A stretch of 64,000 bases of DNA from Takakia lepidozioides (lineage: Eukaryota; Plantae; Bryophyta), in the NCBI GenBank assembly GCA_030704615.1, contig CM060731.1, positions 80,848,001-80,912,000 of the forward strand. The letters run 5' to 3'. The notes beneath the pieces were generated by a model, which had not been told where the DNA came from, made no database searches, and saw only the letters and a program-made list of their open reading frames with translations. Positions 11,536 to 24,032 of the stretch are shown here, in pieces; the stretch's first letter is position 1, and every line of letters begins with the position of its first letter. The translations under genes and the position numbers were made by a program.

Positions 11536-13376
11536 ATTCTCCAAGGGGTTTAGCCACGCCAAGCTAGGGTTTGTGTCTCTTGGACTCTAGGCTTCTTTGC
11601 ACCAAGCTATGGCAGCTGTGAAGAAATCAGCAAGGTATTCTTGCTCTTTCGGCTCCCACACACCACCAATAGTAGCCCTAAGCCATGAGGAAGATGGTTG
11701 CCACAAACCAAGCCTTCTTTCTCACTTAGACTCCCCAAACACGCCACTAAACTTAATGGCAAACAACCAAGCCTTGCTGATTTCCAGCCCTTGTGAGCAC
11801 TCATTCAAGCGTTTCCCTTGCCATAGCATCTGTTTTAGAGCCTATTCCAGCCCCCTACATCTGCCACTTCAAGAGCCATGCTCTATAGGCTGAGTTGAGT
11901 TGAAACCCCAACTAAGAACACGCTCTACAAGTATCGGACTGTCACATAAGAGCAGATCAGCCCCTTACCTTATCTTCTAGTTCTCTAAAGCTTGAAAACC
12001 AAAACCCCAATGGACTGAAGGCATGCTCCACACATGCCCCACTCTCACCACCAGAGAATCAGCTCCTTTGCTTTCTTTCTTGCACCCACCAACCTGAAAA
12101 TACACGCTTCGACGGGTTGGAAGCATGCTCCACACATGCCCTATAGGGAAACCAACCCCTTCCTTCCTTTCTTGCTCCCAAACCTGAAAGTACAAGCCTT
12201 CAACAGGCTGAAAGCATGCTCCACACATGCATTGCTCTCACATAAGGGAAGTCAGCCCTTCCCTCTTCCTTGCTTGCCCTCCAAGCTTGAAGATGGAAGC
12301 TTCAATGAACTGAATACATACTCCACACATGCAACCCCTCCACACAAGAGGTATCAGCCCCCGATCTTGGCTCCTTAGCTCCTTGATGCTCTCTAAGACA
12401 AGACTAAGCACTCCACAGCCCTTGCCAAGCTCCTGAAACCCTAAGGCTTACATTTCCAGCCACAAGACACTCCTCTTGTGGTGCAAGAGCTCTTTCTTCC
12501 AAGCTCTGAAACCTAGGTGCACATTCCATGGCCTTGCCACACCTCTTAGCACCTATTCCAGCCCTGCTCTTGCCATGACAAGAGCCCTCTCAATGCTGAA
12601 GCTCGAGATTGAAACCCAATCTCAACATACTCCACAAAGTGCACTGATTTGCCCCAAGCCAAATCAGCCCTTTCGCTTGGTCTTGCAATCCTTCACACAA
12701 TGAAAGCTTGCATTCCCAAGTCCAGTTCTCAGCTTTGCCACCAAAGCCACTCTAACCTGCTCTTGACTGGTCCTCTTCTCAATCGTGCTTGCTCATGCAT
12801 GTACACAATCTGAAACCATCAAGGTGCTCTGGAATTACCTGCAGCATGGTGCTTTCATCTCTGAAGTTAAAGATCGAATGCCAAGGTCTACCACTTCATA
12901 ACCCACATCGCCTCCGCTTCTAACAACCAAGGGCTCTACGGTGTTCCTTGCATAACAACCTTGTTTCTCTCATCCTCAAGCAAAAACCACAAGTGCTACA
13001 ATTAACTCGTATCTGGCACTCACAGATACGAGCTCATATTTCTCGAGTGATAAAGAAGAAGAATACAAGCACAAGCTCATGCGAGCTCACAAAGCTGAAG
13101 CATAAACTCATGCATATATAAACTCATCACTCAAATACAAGTCAAGCCAAGTGCACCCCACGCCATGGGGAATCCACACTATGGCGCCATAGCTAGGCGC
13201 GGTGAGGCTCAACTCGAGAAAGATGAGCCCACCGCGATCTGCCATGAAGATAACAACGTCAGGTGCCCAAACATATATTGGCCCCTGGATTGACACTTGG
13301 GTCAATCCCAAATGACAATATATAAAAGCTAGCTATTTCCTAGCTAACTTCACACTAGCGGTAAAATAACTTGACA
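11534..13376 (-). mobile_element. 5' portion of DNMT-gypsy copy 2: complete repeat B (13376-13048), PBS (13047-13032) and 5' leader
   Basis: B runs TGTCAA...TTATCA (329 bp). The leader is homologous to 5846-4330. Similarity to copy 3 ends at the B start (plus 2 bp), with no A upstream. Confidence 0.85.
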
Positions 13377-13499
13377 ACACATATAGATGTGGTATCAAGA
13401 GAATTATCAAAATGAATGTCACAATTTACAAGAAGGTCCACAACAACAAGCTAAACCATAAAGAAAAACAAACACCCTACCCCAATATCATATGGAAAA

Positions 13500-14490
13500 A
13501 TAAAAAAAATAAAAAAACGAAGAACCCGCCAAGGCCCTAAACCTAAACCTACAAAGCCCTGTCGTCGTTGCCTGCGACCCCAGCGCATCGCAAATTGCGA
13601 CGCGTTTTTAGGATATATAGGGCCAGGGGTCTCAGCGATGGCACGCCGTCAGGGAGAAGATAAGGTGGTATGGTGGGAAGGCTTGAAGTTTGTGGGAGGT
13701 GTCGGAGAGTGCAGGGTATGGGCAGGCTGGGAGGCCAAAGGTGGAAATGGTGTGGGGGGCAGTCTGTTGGTGAGTGGAGGGGATGGGTAGTGATTCGGGG
13801 AGATAGGGGGCGAAGTGGGTAGCACGTGGCGGGCATCTTTTGGGTTGGGTTTGGGAAATATGTTGTTGGTGGGTATGCGTGAGGTAGTTGGTGTTGGTAC
13901 ATTTGTGGAATGCGGTGAGGAGTGTGAGATTGTGGGTGGGGTCGCATTCATCATGTGAGCCAAAGTGGTCGTCGTCCTCGATTTGCCACAAGTTATCATC
14001 AGTTGTGTAGCCAGCCCATTGGCATAGGTACCATATGAGTCTGTAGAAGTTTGGGTCTTAATACCGAGGATGGCTTCAATAACATATGCGTCTGGGTTAT
14101 CTGGGTGGTCATGATGAGTTGCAGGAGTGCCGGGTGAGGGGGGAGCTGGGGTGGAAGTAGTTTGCGTAGGGGAGGGCGTATGGATGTGGACGGGAGGGGG
14201 CTGGGTGGAGTCCCTATCCGGGTGGGGAGGGGGTATAGGGGAGGTGGATATGGATGGGGTGTCTTTAGTGTCGTGTGTACCTGAGGTTTGGGAGGCCCTA
14301 AGCATGTGGAGAATAGAGGGAGATGGACCTGATCTGTAGGCAGGCAGTAAATCGCGTTGAGTATGGGGGAAGAGTGAGCAGGGAAGGTCGCATTCAAGGG
14401 TACATGATGCGGATGGGTGGCAGAGTAGGGTATGTAGGTGCTGGATAGGCGACAAGATCCTGAAGCGTGAGCATAATTCTGCTCACGGTT
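13500..14490 (-). mobile_element. Degraded C-rich TE fragment with a chromodomain-like stretch (possibly LINE-derived)
   Basis: Across a frameshift it reads DAYVIEAILG..WYLCQWAGYTTDDNLWQIED (about 14090-13975). Strand composition resembles the LINE at 35660-39070. Confidence 0.4.
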
Positions 14491-15000
14491 AAGCAATCCC
14501 CCACAATTCCCTTGATAGATTTGAAGAGAGCGTCTCTTTGGTGAGAGAACCCCGGACAGTGTATCAGAAAATGAATAATGTCTTCAGGTTGCCCACACAA
14601 CGGGCAATTGCACTCTCCTTTTCCTCTCTGCTTCTGTTTGCTTATAAAAGGTAGGCTTCCTGCCCTGAGTTTAAATTTCAGTCTAGTGCCGAGAGTGGGT
14701 AGACCCTTGAGGTCATCCAAGATATCTTCCCCCTGTCATAGACTGGAAACAAGTTCAGGGAAGTTTTTTGCCTAACTTCATTTTCATCAGACAATCTCAT
14801 GGCAACAGACATGTTTGGACACTACAGCCTCTAAGTCAGATTTATCCAGCAGGGTGAAGACTTGCGGTTCCAGGTCCAAGTCCTTGAGAATCTCTTCTAC
14901 TGTCTTCTGCCAGGACTTAGCCTGTTTGATAGGGCGGTGGGCGGTCCTGTTTCCAAGATATAGAGTCGATTAACTTAGGATATATGGTGTTGGACATATG
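14490..15000 (-). mobile_element. LINE ORF2 C-terminal fragment with CCHC finger
   Basis: TRLKFKLRAGSL..CPLCGQPEDIIHFLIHCPGFSHQR. Related to the intronic fragment at 28200-28790. Confidence 0.75.
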
Positions 15001-15169
15001 TTGTAGCTGACCCCACCACTGACCTTAAACTCATCTCGTCGGGAGCTTAAAAGAGAGGGACAGAGAAGGACAGAGAGGCACAGAGACAGACAGAGAGAGG
15101 GAGTGAGAGGGAGAGATCAGGAAACCAAAAATAAATAAATAATGGGGGGGGGAGTGATTGAGCAGTTGC

Positions 15170-17773
15170 AGCTCCTCGGTCACCCCCCCCCCCATTTTTT
15201 TTTTTTTTTTCCTTTGTTGCCCCCTCTCTCCCTCTGTCTCCTTCTCTACTGGGAATTGGCAGTTTGCTATTATCGTGGATTTCCTGTTTTTTCATCCTCT
15301 ATCGGCTTTTTCATCCATACTGGATGAGCCACCAAGATGGACACTGAATTACCTCTAGGATGGTTCTTTTGGCTTTTTCATTCATCATTTATTGACTCTC
15401 ATCCATACTGGATGAGTCACCATGGAATGAAAAAATTACCTCTATGAAGGTTGCCAACAAACATCCTGTTTTTCATCCATACCAGTTGAAAAACTACTAG
15501 GATAATAATTTTTTTCTTTGACTCTTTTTATCCATTTCGGATGGTCTGGTGAGGAATGATAAAATTACCTAGATGGAGGTAAACCGCTACCACGGATGAT
15601 ATTCCCTATTATTTCATCCTGACATAAGTGATCTGTTTATGGATGATGTGATTATGGCCTGGAATTGATATTTACTACCCCTAATTATGATTAATTACGG
15701 TGGAAACCCTAACCCCTACCCTAAAACCTATTTTTAACCCTGCTGCGGATGAAATCCGTCAAGGTATAAGGATGTGTTCTACTGTTTTTCATCCCCGGAT
15801 AAAAATCGGGGGACAAAAAAACCCTATGTTGTCTCTCCCGCTGTCAGAAGCACGCGATGTGCTTCTGAGCTCGCGGGGAGAGTGTTATGGCGGACGTGCT
15901 TCGGTGGCTGCCCCGTTTGTGGTGTCGTACCCATGTTGGACGAGCGCTTGAGGAGGCGCGAAGGCGGCGCCTTGTCTCTCTTGCAGCGGGAAACACCGTT
16001 GTGAATGCATTTCCCTCCTCTGGCTTCTTAAGATTAGCAAGGGCATTTGTGCTGGGAAGTATCTCTCCCTCTTTTCTAGTGTCTTACGACTGTGCCTGCT
16101 TTGCTTCATTGCTTATGTGCTTTGTGGAGGCGGCTTACTGCGGGTGGTGATGGCGCATAACCCTCTTCCCCAATCGCTTAAGGTGCCTTTGGAGTTTAGG
16201 GATTCTCATGTTCTTATCTTTTTCTCTTGCTTTTGAGTTTCTTAGTTGACATCGATGACAAGTGTGAGGGTTTGTGATTCACCTGGGGTTCCACAATCCT
16301 CACTAATCTGTTGATTTTATGGGGGTTTGTGATGGGACCAGGTGAGGATCCTCACCTACTTTGAAGTTTCTTGAACATGCAGATTGGGATATGGGCTAAG
16401 GAGACCTGTGGGTTATTGCGTTGTGAGGCTGTTGCCTGCAACCCCGATTTCAACCCGACTGCTCCTGGTTTGGCATGCTACAGCCTGTGTTTTGGCCTTT
16501 GTCGTTCTGCCGTCGATGCGCAGCTCGGCCTGTCTGGCCTATTTCCTGAGGCCTGCATACAAACCATACCCTACATTTTGATCTTTGACAGCAGGGCCTG
16601 TGGATTATTGAGCTAGGTTGTAAGTTCTTTTGGCCAAAGAGGATCTGGTTTTAGGTGGTACATGTTTTGGATGGTTTTGGATCTCTATGGACATAGTGGC
16701 CTTGAATGTTATGGCGGTAGCCTGATAAGGCACCGACCTGCTGATTTTCGGGCCTGTTTCTGATGTGTAATGGATCATAGTGAGGTGTTATTTGCATGCT
16801 TTAGCACGGACCTCTTGAAGGATGATGATGGTATGCTGCAATGAGATCCTACCTATAGTTTTGGCTTTGTCATGACATTAGGCCTATGACCTGCAATCTG
16901 GTTTTTTATATGCAAAAGAGGCTGGATCTCGGTTGTTCAAGTTGCATGCATGTACAAGTCTTGAATTTGCAATATGATAGGTTGGATTCACATTACCTTG
17001 ACACCTTGTATGATCACATGTCTCGGGGTGAATACAAATGATATGGAATCAATTTCATCATGCCCAAGTAGGACTGCTTGGTGGCATATTGTGATTCTGA
17101 CAAATTGCAGGCTGGTCCTTATGCCTTGGCTGATGCATGACCTGCCATAATTAATGGCTGAAAAGATAAGATGCTGCAACCTGTAGGTCATGTCCAAGAT
17201 GTATGCGTGAAAACGTGTCTTGAAATGGTAATAGGGCAGGTTGGACCATGGTACCTTGCCCTTTGCATGACCTCAACACTTTTTGTGCTCCTTCAATACA
17301 TGACCTGTTGGTAAGGTATGTGTGCAGGCTGAACCAAGAGGCCTTGTAGCTTGCACAGGGGCAGCAATATCTTGTCTTGTCCCACACAAGAATAAACCCT
17401 GCCCTCCCACCCTATTCTATCTTGGTTGATTGGGTGGTGTCATTTGGGATGATTTGACAAGACTGGAAGTGTGAGATAGTGCCCTATCTAGGGCTGTTTA
17501 TGTCTTTAATTGACAATGACCCTAGTTGGTCTTGTCCATGTCTTGACATGACATGAATATCTTCCCTCTCCTTCTCTCTCCCACTCTCTTTTTAACTTTT
17601 TCTACCCCCGCTCTCCCTCTGTGGTTTGTTTTCTTTTGTGAGCAGTACAAAAGAGAGTAGAGAGAGAGAGGGAGAGAGGGAGAGATCAGGAAACAAAAAT
17701 AAAATAAAATAAAATAAAATTTGGGGGGGGGGGGAGGGAGGGGAGGGGAGTGGAGTGGAGTGACTGAGCAGCT
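15170..17773. mobile_element. About 2.6-kb non-autonomous element with imperfect terminal inverted repeats (copy 1, intact)
   Basis: Left end AGCTCCTCGGTCAC-Cn-Tn-CC..CTCTCTCCCTCT; right end AGAGAGGG..GGAAAC-An-Gn-GTGACTGAGCAGCT. Subterminal palindromes TCATCCATACTGGATGA. No coding capacity and no TSD found. Confidence 0.6.
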
Positions 17774-17859
17774 ACACTCTTGATGATCCATCACGATGTT
17801 CTTATGTCACGCCTCAGTGGGACCCTAGGATGCAGTTACTAGACAACTGTTTCTTTGAT

Positions 17860-19622
17860 GCCCCCTCTCTCCCTCTGTCTCCATCTCTCCTGGGAACCGG
17901 CAGGTTATTATCAGTATTGATTTCCTATTTTTTCATCCATACCGGATGAAGTTTTGACAAAATTTCATTCATATTGGATGAGCCACCAGGATGGACATTG
18001 AATTCCTGTTAGGATGATTTTTTGGTTTTTTCATTCCTCTTTTGTTGACTCTCATCCATACCGGATGAGTCACCAAGGAATGAAAAATTACCTTTATGAG
18101 GGTTGCCAACAACATCCTATTTTTCATCCATACCGGATGAAAAACTACCAGGATAATATTTTTTCATTCCTCTTTCATTGACTCTTTTTTATCCATACCG
18201 GGTGGTCTGGTGAGGAATGATGAATTACGTAGGTGGAGGTAAACCGCTGCCATGGATGATATTCCCTACTTTTCATCCTGACAAGTGATCTGTTTATGGA
18301 TGACGAGTACAGATGATTATGGCCTGGAATTGATTTTAACTACCACTAATTATGATTAATTACGGTGTGAAACCCTAACCCCTACCCTAAAACCTATTTT
18401 TAACTCTGCTATGGATGAAATCCGTCAGGATAGAAGGATGTGTTTTACTATTTTTCATCCTTCACGGATGAAAAATCGGGCCAAAAAACCCTATGCTGTC
18501 TCTCCCGCGGGGAGAGTGTTATGGCAGACGTGCTTTGGTGGCCGCCCTGTTTGTGGTGTCGTACCCGTGTTGGGCGAGCGCCTGGGGATGTGCGAAGGCG
18601 GCGCCTTGTCTCTCTAGCAGCGGGAAACACTGCTGTGAATGCAGTGGCACATTCCCTCCTCTAGCTTTTAATTTTAGCAGTGGCATTTGTGCTGGGAAGT
18701 CTCTCTCCCTCCCTTCTATTGCCTTGCGAGTTTGCTTGCTTTGCTTCATTGCTCATGTGCTTTGTGGAGGCGACTTGCCGCGGGTGGTGATGGCGCATAA
18801 CCCTCTTCCCCAATCGCTTAAGATGCCTTTGGAGTTTAGGGATCCTTGTGTTCTTATCTTCTTCTCTTGCTTTTCAGATTCTTAGTTGACATCGATGACA
18901 AGTATGAGGGTTTGTGATTCACCTGGAGTTCCACAATCCTCACTAATCTGTTGATTTTGTGGGGGCTTATGATGGGACCAGGTGAGGATCCTCACTTACT
19001 TTAAAATTTCTTGAGCATGCACTTGGGGATATGGGTTGAGGAGACATGTAAGTTATGGCGCCTTGAAGTGGCTGCTGCCTGCAGCCCCGAATTCAACCCG
19101 ACTGCTCCTGGTTTGGCATGCTACAGCCTATGTTTTGGCTTTTGTTGTTCTGTCGTCGATGGGGCAGTTCGACCTGTCTGTCTCCTAAGGCCTGCATACA
19201 GACCATACCTTATCTTCTGATCCTTGACAGCAGGGCCTGTGGATTAATGAGCTAGGTTGTAATTTCCATAGAGGATCTGGTTTTATGGGGGCTGCCTTGG
19301 TGGGTTTGGGACTCTAAAGACGTGGTGGCCTTGAATGTTATGGCGACAGCCTGATAAGGCACCGACCTGCTCTTTTTTGAGCCTGTTTCTGGTGTGTAAT
19401 GGATCATAGTGAGGTGTTCTTTGCAAGCATTAGCATGGACCTCTTGAAGGATGAGGATGGTAAGTTGAAATGGAATCCTACCTATAGTTTTGGCCATGTC
19501 ATGACATCAGGCCTATGATCTGCAATATGAGTTTTTTATGTGCCAAAGAGGCTGGATCTCGGTTGTTCAAGTTGGTTGTGTGTACAAGTCTTGAATTCGC
19601 AATTTGACAGGCTGAATTCACA
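17860..19622. repeat. Second, tandem copy of the 2.6-kb element, interrupted by the DNMT-gypsy insertion
   Basis: Collinear with about 15220-16992. It stops at ..TTCACA, where repeat A begins. Confidence 0.9.
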
Positions 19623-19837
19623 TGTCGTGCGCATACATATCGCTACACAACTACATTGTTGTCCAAAACCACACAATACATGTGCACACCACACACTAGT
19701 ATACCACTAGTCCACCACTAGTCCAGCCACTAGGGTACAACTAGTCAGTCACTAGGCTGCCACTATGCTGCCCACTATGGCAGTCACTAGTCCACACAAT
19801 GATAAAGAAGAAGAATACAAGCACAAGCTCATGCGAG
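19623..19837 (-). mobile_element. 3' terminus of DNMT-gypsy copy 1 (inverted): last 38 bp of B, T, repeat A
   Basis: On the - strand: ..TTCTTTATCA-T-TGTGTGGACTAG..GCACGACA, then TGTG. Same B-T-A junction as at 60596. Confidence 0.85.
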
Positions 19838-20029
19838 TAGTATGTGTAAGGCTCATCGGGTCCAAAAAGGGGAAGGGGTTGTTTAGGTCCCGGTTATCAG
19901 CGTCACGTCCGTCCGTCACGTCAGGTTCGGGGAATATTCTGGTAAAAATAGTAGCAAGTAAAATGCTGTCACTTAAGCAGCCACGTCGCCGACACGGTGG
20001 CGGTGACAAATACATTTTGAAAATTAACA

Positions 20030-20925
20030 AAATGAACGCGATCGCCAATTATGGCGGTCGCTTTGTTTTTCGAAATTAAAAAGAAATAGCGATCGCCGTA
20101 TTGGCGGTCGTTTCAATTTTTTCTTAAAAAAAAGCAAGATTGGCGGTCACTCTGGCGGTCGCTTTATTTTTCGAAATAGAAAAAGAAATAGCAACCGCCA
20201 TATTGGCGGTCGCTTCAATTTTTTTTATAAAAAAAACAAGATTGGCGGTCGCACTGGCGGTCGCTTTATTTTTCGAATTAAAAAAACAAATAGCGACCGC
20301 TATCTTGGCGGTCACTTCAATTTATTTTTATAAAAAAAAAAAGATTGGCGGTCGCTTTGGCGGTCGCTTAATTTAAAAAAGAAAATAAGCGACTACCGTA
20401 TTGGCGGTCGCACAATTTTGTAAATATGTACAGAACAAGCCCATATGGCGGTCGGATAATTTCAAAAATGTAAAAGAAAACAGCGACCGCCATTGGGCGG
20501 TCGCTTAATTAAAAAAAAATATAGAAAAACAAACGACCGCCATATGGCGGTCGGTAAATTTAAATTATATATAAAAAAACAAGCGACATATGAAAATAAA
20601 AGCGACCGCCACACCGGTGGTCGCTTGTTTTAAAACAGTACAATATTTGCGACCACCAAACCGGCGGTCGCGTCAATTTTAAAACATATATTAAGTTTAA
20701 GCGACCGCCAGCCTGGAGGTCGCTTAAACTTGAAAATATAAAGATTAAAAGCGACCGCCTTACTGGCTGTCGCGTTTTTAAAAAATAAATAAAAATAAAA
20801 ACGACCACCATATTGGCGGTCGCTTTACTTTAAATATATTAACAAATGAAGCGACCGCCATACCAGCAGTTGCATTATATTTTGAAATAAAAAATAATAG
20901 CGACCGCCATACGGGCGGTCGCTCC
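20030..20925. repeat. Array of palindromic GCGACCGCC-N5-GGCGGTCGC units (hAT subterminal-type)
   Basis: Roughly 20 units about 40-45 bp apart with A/T-rich linkers. Same motif as 39410-41010. Confidence 0.85.
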
Positions 20926-22295
20926 ATGGGGAGTAAATCTAGCAAGGTGAACAAGAATTTCCGCTTTGAACTGTTGCTAATGTCACATTTAAAACATACA
21001 CAGAAATGGGATACATGACTGGGTTCTGTTTGGATGAACATTAATGTGACTCATATAGTGAGGCGGATCTTTATATAGGAGGCCATATGGTGTGGCAGCC
21101 ATTGGGCTCTAGGCCAAGTATGTTGTTTATTGCAAGCCCTATGTTTTTCTGGATTTCTTTACAGTTTGTGATAATTAGTTATCAGTTGCTGCTCAAAACC
21201 TTTTGAATCCACTTATACACTGGCCCCAAACTGAAACCAGGTCTTGGGGCAAAAAACAAGATGTGTGGACATTCCCTTCATGTGTAAATGGTTTAGACAC
21301 TGTTTACTGCTCTAATCTGGCCATTATGTTATATAAAAATTGGAACTACTTCTCCAGTTTATTAATGTGAGCATAAACATGATCTTTCTGCTATGAACTG
21401 TTTCTAATATTCCATCTGAAGCATACCCTTGATTGGGTCCCTGTCTGTCTGAAGCGGATGTTTATATAATCCCACCCCCCCACCAAGAGATTTCATGAAC
21501 TGTGGGATCTGTTATATGTCATCAGACTGGTTTATGAATGAAGAGTGATTGATAGTGCCTCGTTATGAGGCTCATTTGTCGTAAAAATTTACAAGAACCT
21601 TGTTTGGTCTTGTCCATGTCTCGACAAGACATTTTATCTTCCCTCTCTTTTGTGCTGCTCACAAAAAAAAACTTTCAAATCCAAGAATAGCAGCAAGCCC
21701 TAACCAGCAGGCCAGCTAAGCAAAGCACCTCTCCCTACCTATAGGGAAGACTAATATACTCTTCGAAGGATTCTCAATTCCAGGTGTACCCAAGCATCCT
21801 TGGATTTGATGCAGCAAGTTGGAATCAGACCTCACACGTCTTTTTAGAGATTATGCGCCCAGCAACATAATTCAGTCATCCCGACTCTGGCAATTGATTG
21901 ATATATCATCTGATCAAGAGAATGGAGCTTTGCAACACTGACCGCACCTCAGGCTCCACGTTGATAATGTTATGTGATAGATCTTCATGGCTTCACATGA
22001 TCTTTATGTATCAGACACCTCTTGCCGACCACCTCTTCCTGGGACGGAACGCCAGGTGATTACTAACCCACGTCCCTGAGAACTCACAAAATAACTGCTG
22101 ATATTATCTCAAATTGATATCCTACAAGACTTTTTGTAAGATTGGAGACCAGTGGAGTTCAGCAGTCAACATTTGAAATGGAGGAATGGTCCTGAGAGCC
22201 TCTGCTGGTAGATTCATCAGCTTATGGGATCCCGAACACCAAATGCTATCATCAAATGTTACATCAGAAACAAGCTCAAGACATTGTTGCAAACT

Positions 22296-22835
22296 TTAAC
22301 GAAGATTCAATTGTAAAGAAACAACCACTCCTATCACAGATCCAAGTAGCAGGCCTGGCATCAGAGGGCCGGCCGCCCGGTACATAGGTCCTACAATTGG
22401 AAGCTTTTTAGCAGTCAAGTGAGCACAAAGGACACCAATGCTTCCTATGGGAACATAGACGGCCAGCCTATGGCATGCCGTTGTCAAACCCATGTCTCTA
22501 AATAAAGTGGTGGCAAAGACGCGAAAATCCTCCAGAACCAAAATCTTCCTCCCTCCATCAAAAAACCTTTCTTTCTGAATTGCACCGTCAACGTCAACCT
22601 GTGTTGGAGGATGCGGGAGCCATCTCTCCTTGTACCGAGAGACAACATCATCTTCGTCAGAAACAATTTTTTCATAAACTCGCACAGAGGCGTCGAGAAG
22701 CTGATAGCCCTGGAGACCTGGGAAAGCATGCTGAGAAAGGCCCATACACTCTTCAAAGCTCGTTTCTACTGCTACTTGAAAGGCAGAAGAGCTTTCCAAA
22801 GTCACTTCAATCCTTTTCGACGGGGATCCTCCCAT
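22296..22835 (-). CDS. Uncharacterised plant protein, 179 aa, with possible N-myristoylation and a hydrophobic C-terminus
   Basis: Intact ATG-to-stop ORF. MGGSPSKR..CMGLSQHAFPGLQGYQL..RWLPHPPTQVDVD resembles a conserved land-plant family (from memory, not searched). Confidence 0.75.
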   Translation of the reverse strand: MGGSPSKRIEVTLESSSAFQVAVETSFEECMGLSQHAFPGLQGYQLLDASVRVYEKIVSDEDDVVSRYKERWLPHPPTQVDVDGAIQKERFFDGGRKILVLEDFRVFATTLFRDMGLTTACHRLAVYVPIGSIGVLCAHLTAKKLPIVGPMYRAAGPLMPGLLLGSVIGVVVSLQLNLR

Positions 22836-24032
22836 TGCAGTAAACTCTCTTTGTCCTCTCTCTCACTGGTGATTATTGGACTTTAGATCGTTTTGCAACA
22901 ACAGCAACGATCATGTCACTCTCTTAATCCTCCATAAAAGTTGTCGGCGGTGATGTAAACCTTGTAACCGTACAAGGTCACTCTGTGCTAATCTCGAGGA
23001 GAACAAGGAGACACGGACGGATACGTCATCACTGTACCTAATCGCTCGGCACAAAGAAGAGCGCGTGTTGAAGCTGAGAGGGGAAGGGAACTAAAGAACA
23101 TCCAGTGTAGAGAAGAAGTGCAAACAAAACCAATCTGATCCCCAAACGAATCAGAACGTGGTCCGACAAAGACAGCACAGACCCCCCGGCCACCAGCACA
23201 TTAGAGCCAAATGTGAAATTGCAACTGTAGCACCACACCGATGCAAGGACGCACCAGTTAACATAAAACTCAATTAGAGCCGATACAGGCACTGCAGAGA
23301 CAATCCAGAACACGAAAATCTTCACCACTGCACAGATAATCCCTCGCAACAACAATAACCACAACAACCTAGACCGATTCTTCCTCCATTCCCTCCCCTC
23401 CTCTGCTTGCACCCCGCACCGACATGGCGAGCGAGAGTCTTGGTGCAGACGAATCTACCCCACCGATAAAACAATATTCACCTAACACGCGATAGGACCC
23501 CTCAATTGCGGTGCTTATCTCGACGATGCTCGTGAGGTATGATCTCGAGAGCATCAGTAGGGTTCAACTGTTTTACTAATCCAAATGTTTTTTGAAAAAA
23601 CTTAAAATCTCTCTAGAATAATGAATTATTCTTATTTTTAGACAGTTTACCACGATTTGGCAAGAGCCATAATACAATGCAAAGCAGAGGGATAAAAATA
23701 AAAATTATATAGGAATAATTATCTGCTGCAATATTGATGAGAAAAGAAGAGGTGGGAGGAAGGAGTGACCGGGAGTAGGCGGTGAGGGGGCTTGAAACGG
23801 GCGCGGGTACAGAGGGGGCAGTGAGTGGAGCAGGGCGCCCGACCCGTGCCCACGCGCGTGACGGCGCCTCCTTGCTCTCGCTAGGGCGTGAGAGTATTTG
23901 CTTGTGCGGGAAAAATTTGTGTGCAGTCGGGTTGGCCTTGGTAGGAATCAAGAGCGTAGCGTGAGGGATTGAGTCGGAAATAAGGAAGGAGCGGAGAGGG
24001 GGTAGAGGAGTGTTTCTTTGGGGAAGAGTAGG

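Noticed and set aside
4330-13186. Direct repeats 4330-5986 and 11534-13186 flanking gag-pol look like a normal LTR pair
   Set aside because: They lack TG..CA ends, PBS, PPT and TSD in that orientation, they cut gag and integrase mid-frame, and they are 5' leader sequence in the opposite orientation brought there by inversions.
13377-13378. AC next to the B start matches the A|B spacer, which could imply a deleted A
   Set aside because: Only a 2-bp match, and it is absent at 2433, where the TSD fixes the boundary. Chance is likely, but deletion cannot be fully excluded for this copy.
20030-20925. CRISPR-like look of the palindrome arrays (also 39410-41010)
   Set aside because: Eukaryotic context, no cas genes, degenerate repeats, and low-complexity linkers that resemble each other.
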